Of a DNA stretch of 64,000 nt, positions 47,105 through 59,307 are shown one piece after another. The notes beneath the pieces are model-generated. The model was not told the DNA's origin and did no database searches. It saw only the letters and a program-made list of their open reading frames with translations. The stretch lies in NCBI GenBank assembly GCA_013239625.1, contig MU053472.1, forward strand, positions 62,001-126,000, in the 5' to 3' direction. The DNA is from Lama guanicoe. Taxonomy: Eukaryota. The translations under genes and the position numbers were made by a program. Positions within the stretch are counted from its first letter, which is position 1, and each line of letters starts with the position of its first letter.

Positions 47105-50100
47105 CGTTGGTACAAATTATATCAGTTACACATTGACTCCAGTCTCCTGATGACCGTCTGGCTGTGTTTGCAGCTTTGCACAGACCCTTGGCCCTGGTTC
47201 TTACCACTGAATAGGGAACGTGTGTGCCAGGAGAAGAACGTGGCTTTACTCACTTTGAAGGATAACATTTTCCCGGTTGGCATCCTATTGACTGTAACTA
47301 ATTCTCTTCCCTACAAAAGCCTTTTCACGCTTTCCAGTTCTCACCATGTCAGACTGGCTTTTCTCCTAAAGAGGTTATTTATGTTGTTTATCCTGAGGAT
47401 CAGTGTTTGGTGTCCCAGAATCCCTGTATTAGAGGAATGTTGAGCTGTCTGAGTTTAGGGAACCCAAGTCCCATCCACTTGGCTTGAAGATAAGCTTGAA
47501 GTAGGGTCAATCCCAAAAGATGAACTTACCATGGCTGCAAGGGTAGTTATTTTGGGAGAAAAAGTCTGCTCTTGGGCTCCCTTGTAAACGATACCCAGTC
47601 ATTTGAAGAAGAAAGCTGTACCCTAGAAATTCCAAAGAGGGGGTGCATGAGAGCTTCCCGATGCCGAGCACTGTGTGCATGGTTACCCACCTAGGGACCG
47701 GCTAGTAGGTTTGCATCTCTGGATGCTCTGAGCTTACAGAATAAGTGATGAATAAAGGGTGCCCTCCTTACCTCCAACCCTTCACCCCCTCCTAAGCAGC
47801 AAGCCCCCAAGGCTGGCTCAGCTCCACCAGATCCTTCTTGGGCCACCTTGGGATGCCCAAGTCACTACATGGGTCCAGGAAAGCACCAAGACTGTTGGGG
47901 ATATGCAGACATGCTGGATTTTTCTGGAGTCTCAGACCTTCACTGTCCTGGACGAGCTTGCTTCTGGTTCTCCTAGCAAAGGGGGGCAGTGAAGTCCACA
48001 AAAAATTCTGGGGCTCCTCATGGCTCAAGGACTTTGAGTTCAGGCATCCAGGGTGACTCAGTGTCTTCAGATGGCCAGGAAGTCCCTTCTGGCCCCTCAA
48101 GTCCCTCACTCTCCCTCCACACAACTGCAGCAGATGGAGGTACCAGAGAGAGGCTGGAAAACAAAAGTGGCTTTCACCCAGCGCCAGCTGAGAGGGGACA
48201 ACTGTGGCCGGGTCTGCAGCCCTGAAGCAGGGTGCCGTCCTGTGACTCCGAGCTCAAAAATGTGTGAAATTTCTTTTTGCTGGGTATTCTACATCAAGCG
48301 GAACCTGTTCTCAGAGAAACATTCCATTTCACAGACCCTAATGGCTTTCCTATGTGCTGCTGCATTAATGAGGCTCTGGCTCGTTCTAATCAGAAGGAAG
48401 CCATGCAGATAATTGCCTGAATTTTTAATTCAGGGTTATGATAGGGGAATCAAAGTCACACTGCAGAAGCTGAGCTGCCTCTTGTTCCAGGCCATTGACT
48501 TTTGCAATTTTCTTTGATTTCCCCCCTCCGTCTCTTTCTCCCCCACCCCCACTTCTCTCTCTCTGAGGCTTAGTGGAGACTGACAGTTTCGGGTCGGGGT
48601 GGGGTTGGGGGAATAGGGGCAGCCTGGGGTCTCCTACACAGTCACACAGTCTTTCTTCTTCCTCCTCCTCTTTTTAGTCACCCTCCCACCCCTGCCCCCG
48701 CCGCCCCATGTGCCATGAAAGCATAGATGCTGCCTGCACCCCAGCACCCCAGGGCTGATTCTGGGAGAGTGCCTGGCAACTGGTCTCCCCACTCAGGGTC
48801 TCCATGCCCCTGGCAAAGACAGGAAACTTGCCCCAGGAGTGGATCTCCTTTGGACATTCACTTCTTATTTCATCTCAGTTCTTTGGAGAAGGGGAGAGAA
48901 GGGGAAAGGCCAAGGGAAAAGAAATCAGGTGACCAGGGCAGCTCAGGGACTTCCAATTCCCTGCAAAGGTGATTTGCTCTGGAACCAAGCCTGGGAGTCT
49001 TTCCGGAATTAACTCATCTCCTGACATAACAACCACTGAGTGCTAGGATTCTGAAGAACTTACACATCTCTGAGAACGTACAGGTGGTAGAAACAGGTGA
49101 ACGCAAGCTGGTTGGATTATATGCCACGAACCAGTGAATGAACAAGGACCCAGAGGCTGGTACAGGAGGCTCCCTGATGTTGGCTGGTCTTCCCAGAGCA
49201 TCCAGGATTTTGGAGTGAGAGAATTTGCTAGAGTGAGAGTCAGCCTTCTCAACAAGCTGGCTTTTCCAGGAGAGAGACTGTTCCTGCAAGGAACGTTTCT
49301 CCTCCCAGAATCCTCCAGTGCTGGCCATACAGCATTCTCAACAAATGTTTGCACCATAAGCCAGTAGCCAGCACAGTGATCCCGTCCTTCTCAGATGGGG
49401 CTCTGCCGAATCCCTGGGCACCAGTCACGTGGCCTCTAAGAGCAGAATTTATTCCCACATCTCCTCCGGTTCTACATGGGTTCAGGATTCTTACCTTCAA
49501 GAGAGGTGTTTGCGCTGTGACTGATCATCAGCTAAGTACCAAGGACCTTTTGCCATCATCCCATTTAATCCTAACCAGGGCCTTGTGAAGAAGAGATGAC
49601 GGCCTCTACTTCACAGATCAGGAAAGTCCGATTCACCGGAAAGAGACAGAAATCTTGCCACCACCTGCATCTCGCTTTCCAGCGGAAGTTTTCTTCTGTG
49701 GAATCCTCCTGGGTTCCCTTTCAAGTTGTGTTCTCAGGGCTTGGTAATGCCTCTCCGGGCTCAGTCTTTCCAACTGCAGGCTTTCAGAAGGTATAAGGAG
49801 CAGTTAACTTGATTATGTTGGTGGAATTTGCCCTCCATGGGGCTTTTGTTCTTCCATAGAATGGCACCCCATGCTTCAAGTGCGCCCCCCTCTCCCATGC
49901 GTGCCCAAGCAACCTTCACCATGCTCTGCCGTCATCCAAATACTAAGGGACAAAGTGGAGAAGACTAAACTTAAGAACATGCCATCTCATTTATACCAGT
50001 GGACTTCATCTTGTCTCTGTGATATTTTAAGATATCTCTCGAGAGAAGTTTGTTGATCCTCTGTTGAACTTTTTACACAAAATCACCCTCCGTTCCTTTT

Positions 50101-50154
50101 AATTAAAAAAAATTGCATGTGCTTTGGAACACCTTTATGCAGAATTAGGGTCTC

Positions 50155-50330
50155 ATTTATTCAACTAGTCAGCAAACATTTAATGAGCACGGACCATGTA
50201 CCAGGCTGTGCCAAGCATTGAGGATGCTGAGATAAAAGAGTTCTTCCCTCCAGGAGGTCACAGTTTATTGGGGCAGATGGAAAAGTAAAGACTTACCATG
50301 CAGGGTAAGAGTCATGGCAGAGGTAAGTAC
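50155..50330 (-). mobile_element. L2 3' end
   Basis: catttattcaac...aaacatttaatgagcac...atgtaccaggctgtgccaagcattgaggat...ccctccaggaggtcacagttta. Confidence 0.75.
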
Positions 50331-50794
50331 AATATATTCTGAACAATGACAGTGATCCTGAAATTAAGCTAACAAGATGATACAGGAAAAAAAAAAGATG
50401 ATGCATAAACTCCAAAAAAATTGAGAAGAAAGGCAAGACTCCTTCGTGAGCCCAGAGTGTAGATCCATTCAGAGACAAAGGACCCCTGTTCTAAACTTGG
50501 GTCCCTCCCCAGCTCAAGCGCCATCTTTCTCTTAGCTCCCTGGAGACCCAGGCTGCTCCCTGGGTCCTGTGCATTCCAGCTCCAGCCCTGTGAACCTGGA
50601 GTTAATGATTAAACTGGGCATCGGTGGCACGGCTTCCTTGGGGTGAGCTGGGCTGCTCAGCCCTGGAAACTGCCAAGTTCCTGGCTCTGCTCCAGCCCAG
50701 GATAGGCCAGAGACAGAACCAGCCCCCACACCCAGATGCAGCTCATTTTCAGTCAGCTGCAGTCACCCAACCTCCTGCTATACACTGAAGGCGC

Positions 50795-51285
50795 CGTGGT
50801 ACAATAGAATGGGGAAGTCTTTGAGGAGGTGGGAGTCTAGGATCCAAATCCTGGTTCTGTTACTAATCAGCTGAGTGACCTTGGGACAGTCACCTTACCT
50901 TTCCTGAGGTTCAGGTTCCTCATCCATAACAAGAGAAGTTTGGCCCATGACGCGCCATGTTCTCTCACACTTCCGTGCCTTTGCACATGCTGTTAGCGTT
51001 GCCTGGTACACCTTTCCTAACCCCCTGCCTTCTTGCTCATCCTTCAGGATGCAGTTGAAAGGTCACCATCTTCAGCATATCTTCCCCAGATATCTCCCCA
51101 CAGGCTGAATTAGGTGCCTCTCCTTTTAGCCCCATTTTTTGGAACACTTAGCCTATTATTCCTTTGTCCCCACACCCCCACCCACTAGACTGTGAACTTC
51201 TTGAGGACAGAAACTGTAGTTTGTCTATTTTGTATCCCCAGTGCATAGAATAGTGCTGGGCATCAGGTATGGGTTCAGAAATTTC
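50795..51285 (+). mobile_element. MIR (to about 50935) followed by an L2 3' end
   Basis: MIR: tcagctgagtgaccttgggacagtcaccttacc. L2: gcctttgcacatgctgtt...ctagactgtgaacttcttgaggacag...gtatccccagtgcatagaatagtgctgggca. Confidence 0.75.
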
Positions 51286-51319
51286 AAGTTTCATCCAATT
51301 AGAGTTACTATGATTATTG

Positions 51320-53280
51320 AAATTTGTGAACATATTTCTACCATTTTTTTTTGCATTCCACCAAATTGACTATATTTTCTGTGGTTTGGAAGTTATACAT
51401 TTTATTTCCATTCTTTTAGTAGGAACCCTTAAAAATTTTTAACATGAACTCTTACCTTAATGACTATAAAGTTAACCAGTATCCTAACTTCTTTCTCCCC
51501 AAATGTAAAAACTTTAGATCACTTGAACTTGTTCTTGCCAAATCCCTGTTGTGTCTTAGTATTTTAGTTTCATTTTATTTTAAACCTACCCAAATTATTC
51601 TTTTTAAAAATTTTATAGCCATTGATTATTTCACTCTAGCAGTGTGCTTACATATATACTATTTTATTTTATTTTATTTCTTTTAATTTACTTTTGCTTC
51701 TTGCAATAACCATTCCCTCTATCTGGGCTCTGTTCTCTTCTTCTGGAAGTGCATCCTTTAGTAGTCCTTTCAGTGAGGATTTGTGATAGATAAACTCTGT
51801 CTTTCCCTGAAAATACCACTATTTTGCCATCTCTCTTGACTAATACTGTAGCTGAGTATAAATTTTTCACATTGATGGTTACTCTTTCTTTGCACTTTGA
51901 GGATTATTTCCGCAGTGTTCTGGCACCCTTGGTGGCAGACGAGACATCTAGTTTCAGTTTAACTGTCACTCCTGTGCAGGAAATGTGTTTGTATTTATCT
52001 CTGGTAGCTTTTAATACTTTGGGGTTTTGTGTTTTATTTTGTTTGGCTTTGGTCTGTATTATTTCTCCAGCTTCCTTATGCTGATGTGTCTAAGTATATA
52101 GTTTTTATTCATCCTGCATGGGACTTGGTATAGTCCTTTCACTCAAAGACTCATATCTTTTTTTCAAATTTGGAAAACAGAATTTCTTTAAATATTGCCA
52201 TTTCTGGCTGACATAACGTTGTAAACTGACTATACATTAATAAAAATAAAGAGGGTCAAAAGAGAAATAAAATTTCTTTTTAAATATTGCCATTTCTATA
52301 TTTTTTTCTAGACTCTCTTTTAGAATCTCTATTAAAATTATGGTGGACCTTCTCATTCTGTTTATATTCTCCTAGCCTTTTCCCATGACATGTATCTCTT
52401 TACTTATCCATGTTTCATTTTGAGTGAGTGTTTTAGGTCCATTGTTCATATACTAATTCTCTCTTCATTTGTAGCTATTCTATCATCTAGCCAATCCAGT
52501 ACATTTTAGATTTCAATGACCTGTATTTTTCTTTAAACTCCACTTTTTTCAGATTTACTTGCTCTTTCTTAGTTTCCCATTCTACCTCTTTAAATATTTT
52601 AAACACGCACACTTTATAGTCTCTTTTTACAGTGTTCTATTGTCCATAGTTTTGTGGGTACTAATGCTCCTATTTATTATCTCCCTTAACTCTCCCTCAT
52701 GGTGCTTTGGTTCCTAGTGTAGTTTATAACTTTTTATCTTGGGCTTGTCTTCAGCAGGGATGATCTTTTGTGCAGTTTCACATATGCTCCTTCTAGGGCC
52801 CTGGTGATTTTACTGGTTTGGACTGGTTCTTCTACCACCCCACCTGGATATTATGAATTCAAACTCCACACTGACGTATAACACAGGCTTGGGTTTACAG
52901 TTTCTCATGAGTGTTTATTTTCCATCCAGAGTCCCAGCTGGGTATTAAGGCTCCTTGTAAATTCCCTAGGCTGATGAGCAGTTTTCCAGTTCCCATTCAT
53001 ATACGGGGAACTCCTAGACTCCACCCCACTTCCTCACCTCTCCTTGTCCTCAGTTTCTCTTCTGTGCCTTCACTTAGTATTGAAACTTAGCCTCCAACCC
53101 CTTAAGCCTACCTCTGAATCTGAGAGCCCTGTCAGCCATCATGGTCTCAGTGCTTACTTACTGCTCTAGCTTTGAACCCTTCTCTTCATTTCTTTCTTAC
53201 AAGCTCAGCAATGTATTTGGAAAAAAACTTCTTGGTTCTACGTAATCCAGATTTTCTATGAAAATGTAGAGAAACAAGCC
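51320..53280 (-). mobile_element. Ancient L1 5'/ORF1-region remnant
   Basis: T-rich with L1ME-type motifs: catcctttagtagtcctttcagtgagg...aaactctgtctttccctgaaaata...gaggattatttccgcagtgttctggc. Confidence 0.6.
52206..52270 (+). mobile_element. Ultra-short L1 3' terminus with TSD
   Basis: ctgacataacgttgtaaactgactatac..aataaaa closely matches the reverse complement of the L1 end at 1620-1650. Flanked by AAATATTGCCATTTCT (52190-52205 and 52282-52297). Confidence 0.8.
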
Positions 53281-53984
53281 CAGCTCAGTCAGTCTGTCTC
53301 ATTAACCAGACATCTCCAGAAATTTCTTCATAATGAATAGATGACTCAATGAGTGATATACAAGATTCCTCCACGTTCTAAAGTCTACGCTTTTAAAACC
53401 CGAAGGAGAAGTTTAACATCAGAAATAGAAATCCAAGAACCTTGTTCATCTTTCTGTCTCTCTTTCTATGGAAATAGACACAGGGTCCAGTGACTCCAGG
53501 GGACACATGTTTTAGCACATAAACCGTGGTTCTCTCCCAGTTACATTTGGTGACAATGGATAGAAAATATGCCCAGCTTTTTTTTTGTTCTTTAAAATGG
53601 AAGCACTTCTATTGACCCAACTTGCAGAATATTAGAAGACCTAAAGAATTGTTTAAAAGAGCTTTCTGTGTATTATAATTTATTCCCAACAACACTAACA
53701 GTCAACTCTCAAGGTGCAACCCTGATAAGCTTTTCTTTGTGGGCGTTAGAAATGCACAAGGCTTGTTGGAGGAAAATTGAAACATAGTCTTCAGAAAATT
53801 CCCACTCAAGTCTGAGCAACTGAAGGAAATACTTTCTACAGTCTGTCTTTCTAGAATGAGGACGGGATAATTTGCTGCATTGCAGGATTTTGTTCATCCT
53901 GCCTTGAAACTCCCCAAGAGAAGGCCGTGTTCCTCCATCCCAAGGGTATGTTTGTCTTGATCATGAAAATCATCGCAGTTTGGG

Positions 53985-54100
53985 TCAGTCCTACAAATAT
54001 TTATCGAGCTTTTGCTGTGGCCTATGCACTATGCTGCGCCCTGGGGACACAGAGATGAGCAGGATGAGGCCTCTGCTCTCTGAATACTCACAGTCTGGAT
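53985..54100 (-). mobile_element. L2 3' end
   Basis: acaaatatttatcgagc...gcactatgctgcgccctggggacacagagatgagcagga...ctcacagtct. Confidence 0.7.
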
Positions 54101-54719
54101 GATACCGAACCTGGGTGGGAAATAGAAACTTTTCTGAGATTTTTTTTTCATTTTTTTATCTTTTTCATTTTATTTTCATTTATTTATCTACTTAGAGTCT
54201 TTGACTTTTCTCCTACATAATTCCCCTTCCTCCTGACCAGTGGCAACACTGCAGTATTGGTGGACCTTAGTTCATGGTAGCTTGTAGAGTGTAGGGTGTC
54301 TCCACCAACTCTCCCACATGAAATTCACTTTTCCTCTGGAGACTTAGAAGGACACAATTTTAGAACAAGCTAGCAGGAGCCTCCTCTTTGTCTGAAACCC
54401 AGAGCCCCTTCTCTGTACCTCTGCTGGAGCATCTGCCACTTTTCACCCTGTCTTATCTTTCCTTGCATATTTGTTTTATCTCCATCACTGGAATAGAAAC
54501 CCCTTGAGGGCAGGGCTCCTACCCAGTTCATCTTTTATAGTTCTCTAAAGTTTTGCTTCAAATCACTTTTGTCTGATTTGACCTAGTCCAAAGGCAATTG
54601 AGGCCAAAAGCTATCAAATCACTTGCTAAAAGTTGCACACTAAGAGAGTGACAAAGATTGTGACAGCAACGCTAAGTCTCCCGTCATCACCATACACTCT
54701 GCAAACATCTGTTCCCTAA

Positions 54720-54888
54720 TTCAGTGCTTCTCAGACTGTAAAGTACCACAGATCACCAAGGGAGAGTTTTAAAATGCGTATCTTGATGGAGGAGGTCTGG
54801 GGTGGAGCCTGAAGTTCTGTGTTGCTCACAAGATCCCCAGTGATGCTGGTGCTGCAGTCCGTGGACCACACTTTGACTTGCAAGGATC
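54720..54888. mobile_element. MER5A-like hAT-Charlie element
   Basis: cagtgcttctcagact...aggtctggggtggagcctga...tcacaagatccccagtgatgctggtgctgcagtccgtggaccacactttga. Confidence 0.8.
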
Positions 54889-56277
54889 TAATCCAAGATG
54901 GGTACTGGCCATGCGGGTTGGAGGTAAGAGGTTGGAAAAGAGCAACAAGGTTTACGAAAGAAAGGCCCAGACTCTCAAAGCTCAGAGCTCAAAGGCCATA
55001 GGAAAATACAGACAGGAAGTATGTGTGGTTATGGTGAAGATCTATTCGTTCATGCTATCCAAGGTGACGAGAAAAGGAAGAACCAATTCTTTCCCCGGGT
55101 TAACCACAGGAAACTTCAATGTATTTCCTTGCAGGGAAGTCACTTGCCTCTCTAGTGGCTAATGCCAACAATATTTTTTTGAGTCTTCAAGCAGAAGTGT
55201 ACCAAGGCAGCTCCTTCAGTGAACTCATGGGCCCAGGGACCGCGTCGTCTCGTGTAACCCAGATGCTGCTGTGGTACTGGGGCTGTAGTTAGACCAGGTC
55301 ATTTAACCAGATTATATTGACCCAGACTTCAGCTTCTCTGATTCCTCTGAGCCCACCTGCTTCTGAGAAACTGTCCTGGACAGGCTGTGGATGCCCGAAT
55401 TCTTAGTAGGGTATTGGGAGGCGGGGGGCAATGTGATGATAAGGGCTGACCATCTGCCTGTTAGTTTTCATACACACACCTGGTGGTGTTCTAGAGTGAA
55501 AGCCCCTTTACTCTGCTTCTCTGACTCTGTGAACCTGTTGGGTTTCTTTCTTAAAGAAGAAAAAAAAACCCCACCACCCTTGTTCCAGTAATAATCTCAT
55601 TTACATTTAATTACATTGCCCTGGGCATTTTTCTTTCACTGGCAATGAATGTGGCCTATAAACAGTGTCTAGGGCCCCTCTGGCCGTAGTCATTTCCTGC
55701 AAGAGAAACTGAGATGGGGTCCCCTGAGCCAGCTTAGAGCTGCATGGGGACCCAGAGTCTGCACCGTTCCACGTTGGGAGGGGCATGCCACATATGACAG
55801 CGAGTTCTCCAAATGGCTCTTTGAAATAGGCTGGGAAAGAGAACAAAGATGAGGAAGTACGTTCCTCGAAGGGGCCACCCAAATATTGTTGCCAAGAAAG
55901 ATGCAAAGGGCCCAGCTCTCCAGTTCTGCATATTTAATCCTTTCTTTCTTAAAGATTAACAGGGGAAATGCAGCTAAACTGAGCAGAGTGCCGCAAAGTC
56001 CACAGGCCCCAAGTGCATGGTCAGAGGTGGTAGCAATCCTCAATATTAGCACGAGGGTGGGGGGATAAGGATCGTGGGGGTGTTTTCGGAGACTCAGGGA
56101 ATTTCAGAGAGGAAGGGACCTGAGCGGTTGTCTAAATCAGTCCCTTCATTTACAAATGGAGAGACCAAGACCCAGCCAGGGGAAAGGTTGCTCCAAGTCA
56201 CTGTGCAAAAATCCTCCAGAGTATTTTAAATGCATGTATTAAAATATAGGGTTGAAGTCTTTTATCAAAATCCTCTT

Positions 56278-56500
56278 GGGAGTTTGGAATTGGATGACAC
56301 AAACTACTATGTACAGAATAGATAAACAACAAGGTCCTACTGTATAGCACAGGGAACCATATTCAATTTCTTGTAATGAGCTGTAATGGAAAAGAATCTG
56401 AAAAAATATATATACATATATATATATATGCATATTTATAACTGAATTGCTTTGCTGTACACCAGAAACTTATGCAACATTATAAATCAAAAAATTAAAA
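56278..56500 (+). mobile_element. 5'-truncated L1 3' end
   Basis: gataaacaacaaggtcctactgtatagcacagggaaccatattcaa...tttgctgtacaccagaaac. Confidence 0.9.
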
Positions 56501-56505
56501 TTAAC

Positions 56506-56657
56506 AGGAGGGTATAGCTCAGTGGTAGAGTGTCTGCCTAGCATGCATGAGGTCCTGAGTTCAATTCTCAGTACCTGTACTAAATAAATAAATCTAATTA
56601 CCTCTCTTCATTAAAAAAAAAACTTCATTAAAATAAAAAAACAAAACAAAACAAAAA
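56506..56657 (+). mobile_element. tRNA-derived SINE (vic-1-like)
   Basis: GGAGGGTATAGCTCAGTGGTAGAG...GAGGTCCTGAGTTCAATTC...taaataaataaatctaattacctc plus an A-rich tail. Confidence 0.9.
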
Positions 56658-56951
56658 TACTCAGAGGAAAGTATAGAACTTAAATTATCATAAGATGAAT
56701 GCTCCCAAATAAACACTATGAAAGCTTTAGAAACTCCAGATTACTAGAACTCTAAAAAAAAAAAAAAGAAAGAAAAAAGAAAAAAATAGATAAAACCTCC
56801 TCGGCATATTGTCATAGCGAATTTAAGAACTGATTTATAAAAGCTCTAAAGCTGTAAAGACTTGACTTTCTCTTTGATTCTATTTGGATTCCCTAGATTC
56901 ACTTGAAGAAAAAGCATCAAATTCATGAAAAATATATGTAACCACGTGAAT

Positions 56952-57250
56952 CAGGGGTGGGAAAACTACAGCCCACTCTTCTGAATCTCCTCGAGATGAA
57001 TATGGTTTGTACATTGTTAAATGATTGAAAGAACACATTTCATGACATGCGAAAATTATATAAAATTCCTATTTTGGTGTCCGGAAATATAAGTTGGTTG
57101 GTACACAGCCATGTTAGTTTGTTTATATATTAACTTTGGCTGCTTTGACACTCCAATGGCTGAGTCCAGCAGTTGGACAGAGTATATGGCACCCAGAGGC
57201 CAAAAACATTGACTATCTCGCCCTTTACAGAAAGAGCTTTCAGCCCTTTT
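56952..57250 (+). mobile_element. MER58-like hAT-Charlie element
   Basis: caggggtgggaaaactacagccc...acacagccatg...aaaacattgactatctcgccctttacagaaa...cagcccc. Confidence 0.85.
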
Positions 57251-57889
57251 GTGTAGAGAATGAAAGTTTGGAGTAGAACTTTGGAAGTGACCCCAGGCTT
57301 TGACATCTAAAGCTGAAACTTCCAAGGGGGTACACATCACTCATGAGAAGACTCTCCAGTGGCTTACAGAGGACCGCCCATGCGGAGGGCAGGATTAATT
57401 AAAATTCCCTGTGCAGAGCCGTGTCTCTGCGAGCTGCCTCTTACTTCTGCATCCCCCAGTGGCCCCCTCCTCATGTCCCTTTAAGACTGTTGCAGTTCCT
57501 GTGTAGGTATTAAAGATGAACCTACAATCTGAGACCCTGTGTCTACTATACTATATCAGGAATTGGAGATTAGAAACAAAGGTATCCAAATCAGGATACC
57601 TTTGACCTCATATTAACAGTGTCAGAAAACTGGAGGAATAAGGATAATCCTTTAAGCCTCTAGAATTCCCTCCTCTGGGATGCTGCCCCAAACTCCTTTG
57701 GGAAGACTGACAGACAGCTACCTCTGAGCCCCCTTGAACCTGGAGCACCATTTAGCATCATATTGCAGTCAATACGTTGCATTGTAAGTGGTTATTTGTG
57801 TGTCTTTCTCCAGGAAGACAGAAACCTGATCTTTTCATCTCTGGATCCCTCAGGACCTAGGACCACAAGTGGCACACAGTAGTGCATAC

Positions 57890-58240
57890 TGACTGAGTGG
57901 CTTAAGCAATGGAAATTTCTTTATTGTCTCACAGTTCTGGAGGCTGGAAGTCCGAGATCAGGATGTCAGCAGGTCTGGTTTCTCCTGAGGCCTCTCTGCC
58001 CTTGGCTTGTAGACGGCCCCCTTCTCCCTGTGTCTTCACACAGCCTCTTCTCTGCAGCTGCACATCCCTGGTTTCTCTTCATCTTCCTCTCAGGACACCA
58101 GTCGTAGTGGACTAGGGCTCCACTCTTATGACCTCATTTCACTTTAATTACCTCTTTAAAATCCCTACCTCCAAATAGTCATAGTGGGAGTTAGGGTTTC
58201 AACATGTGAATGGGAGGGGGACACGATTCAGTCCTTGACA
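57890..58240 (-). mobile_element. MaLR LTR (MLT1B/C-like)
   Basis: tctcacagttctggaggctggaagtccgagatcaggatgtcagcagg...ggggggacacgattcagtccttgaca. Confidence 0.88.
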
Positions 58241-59163
58241 CTGGGTGCCTAATAAATTTTTTTTTTTTGGAAAGATGGAGCCTGTGCACTAAAATATTTA
58301 CAAATGGCCACACATGATACAAGTGTAAATAGTTTACTATCTTGCAGCAGAATAAGCCATCCCCCTCTTTAACTTCCCCTCTTCTCATGAAACTAACTCA
58401 CGAGACACCAGACATCAATTCTGTTGAGTTTCATGCAGTGAACATGAAAAAGGAAGCTTTGCTATTCTGGTCGCCCCATGGGTATTGACCTTAAAGCCAA
58501 AGACAGGCTCTCCAGCCCTATGCAGTCATCTTAGGTCTTCAGGGCAGTAAGAAATAGTTTTACATCATATCCTGGTGTATATGCTTCACAAAACGACATT
58601 AATCTGCAATACATGCTGGTGTTGTCAATTATATTCTTTTAAAAATAACTGATTTCTGTTTGTGAACCAATCAATTGATTTTATAACTCATTAAATGGGT
58701 CAGGACCCACGGTGTGAAAACCTTGTTGCTTTCCTTACAGAGGAAAGCAGACAAGGGTCCCTCCCCTTTCCCCCCCCAGTTACTAACCTTCCTCATTAAG
58801 CTTGACATTTTTGCATGAGTTCTACAGATGTTGTCTCATTGGATTTTACAACAATCCTGAGAGGTACGTTTCATAAATAAAGAAATTGACAGTTTGAAAT
58901 ATTAATGTATTATGCCCAGAGTCATTCAACCGGAATTCTCCTAGGACTTGAACCCATGTTCTCTGACTCACATTCAAAACTCTTTCATATATCATGCTGA
59001 GAAGTTTTATTTTTGGAGAAAGGGGGAAATTTTGTACTTTTTTCCTCATTCATATGTTTATTTTAATGTCATAATTAACCATTCTTACCTTACTAATACT
59101 AGAAAGTTTGTAAATTTGGGGTAATTTGATTCCTGGTTAGATTAAAGCCATCTCAGACTTTTT

Positions 59164-59307
59164 TGTTTGTTTTGTTTTGTTTGTTTGTTTTTTTGAGAGG
59201 GAGGTAATTAGGTTTGTTTATTAATATTTTAATGGAGGTACTAGAGATTGAACCCAGGACCTTGTGCATGCGAGGCATGTGCTCTTCACTTGAGCTATAC
59301 CCTCCCC
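59164..59307 (-). mobile_element. tRNA-derived SINE (vic-1-like) with a (TTTG)n tail
   Basis: A and B boxes on the reverse strand. Imperfect TSD ctcagacttttt (59152) / ctcaaactgttt (59308). Confidence 0.9.
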
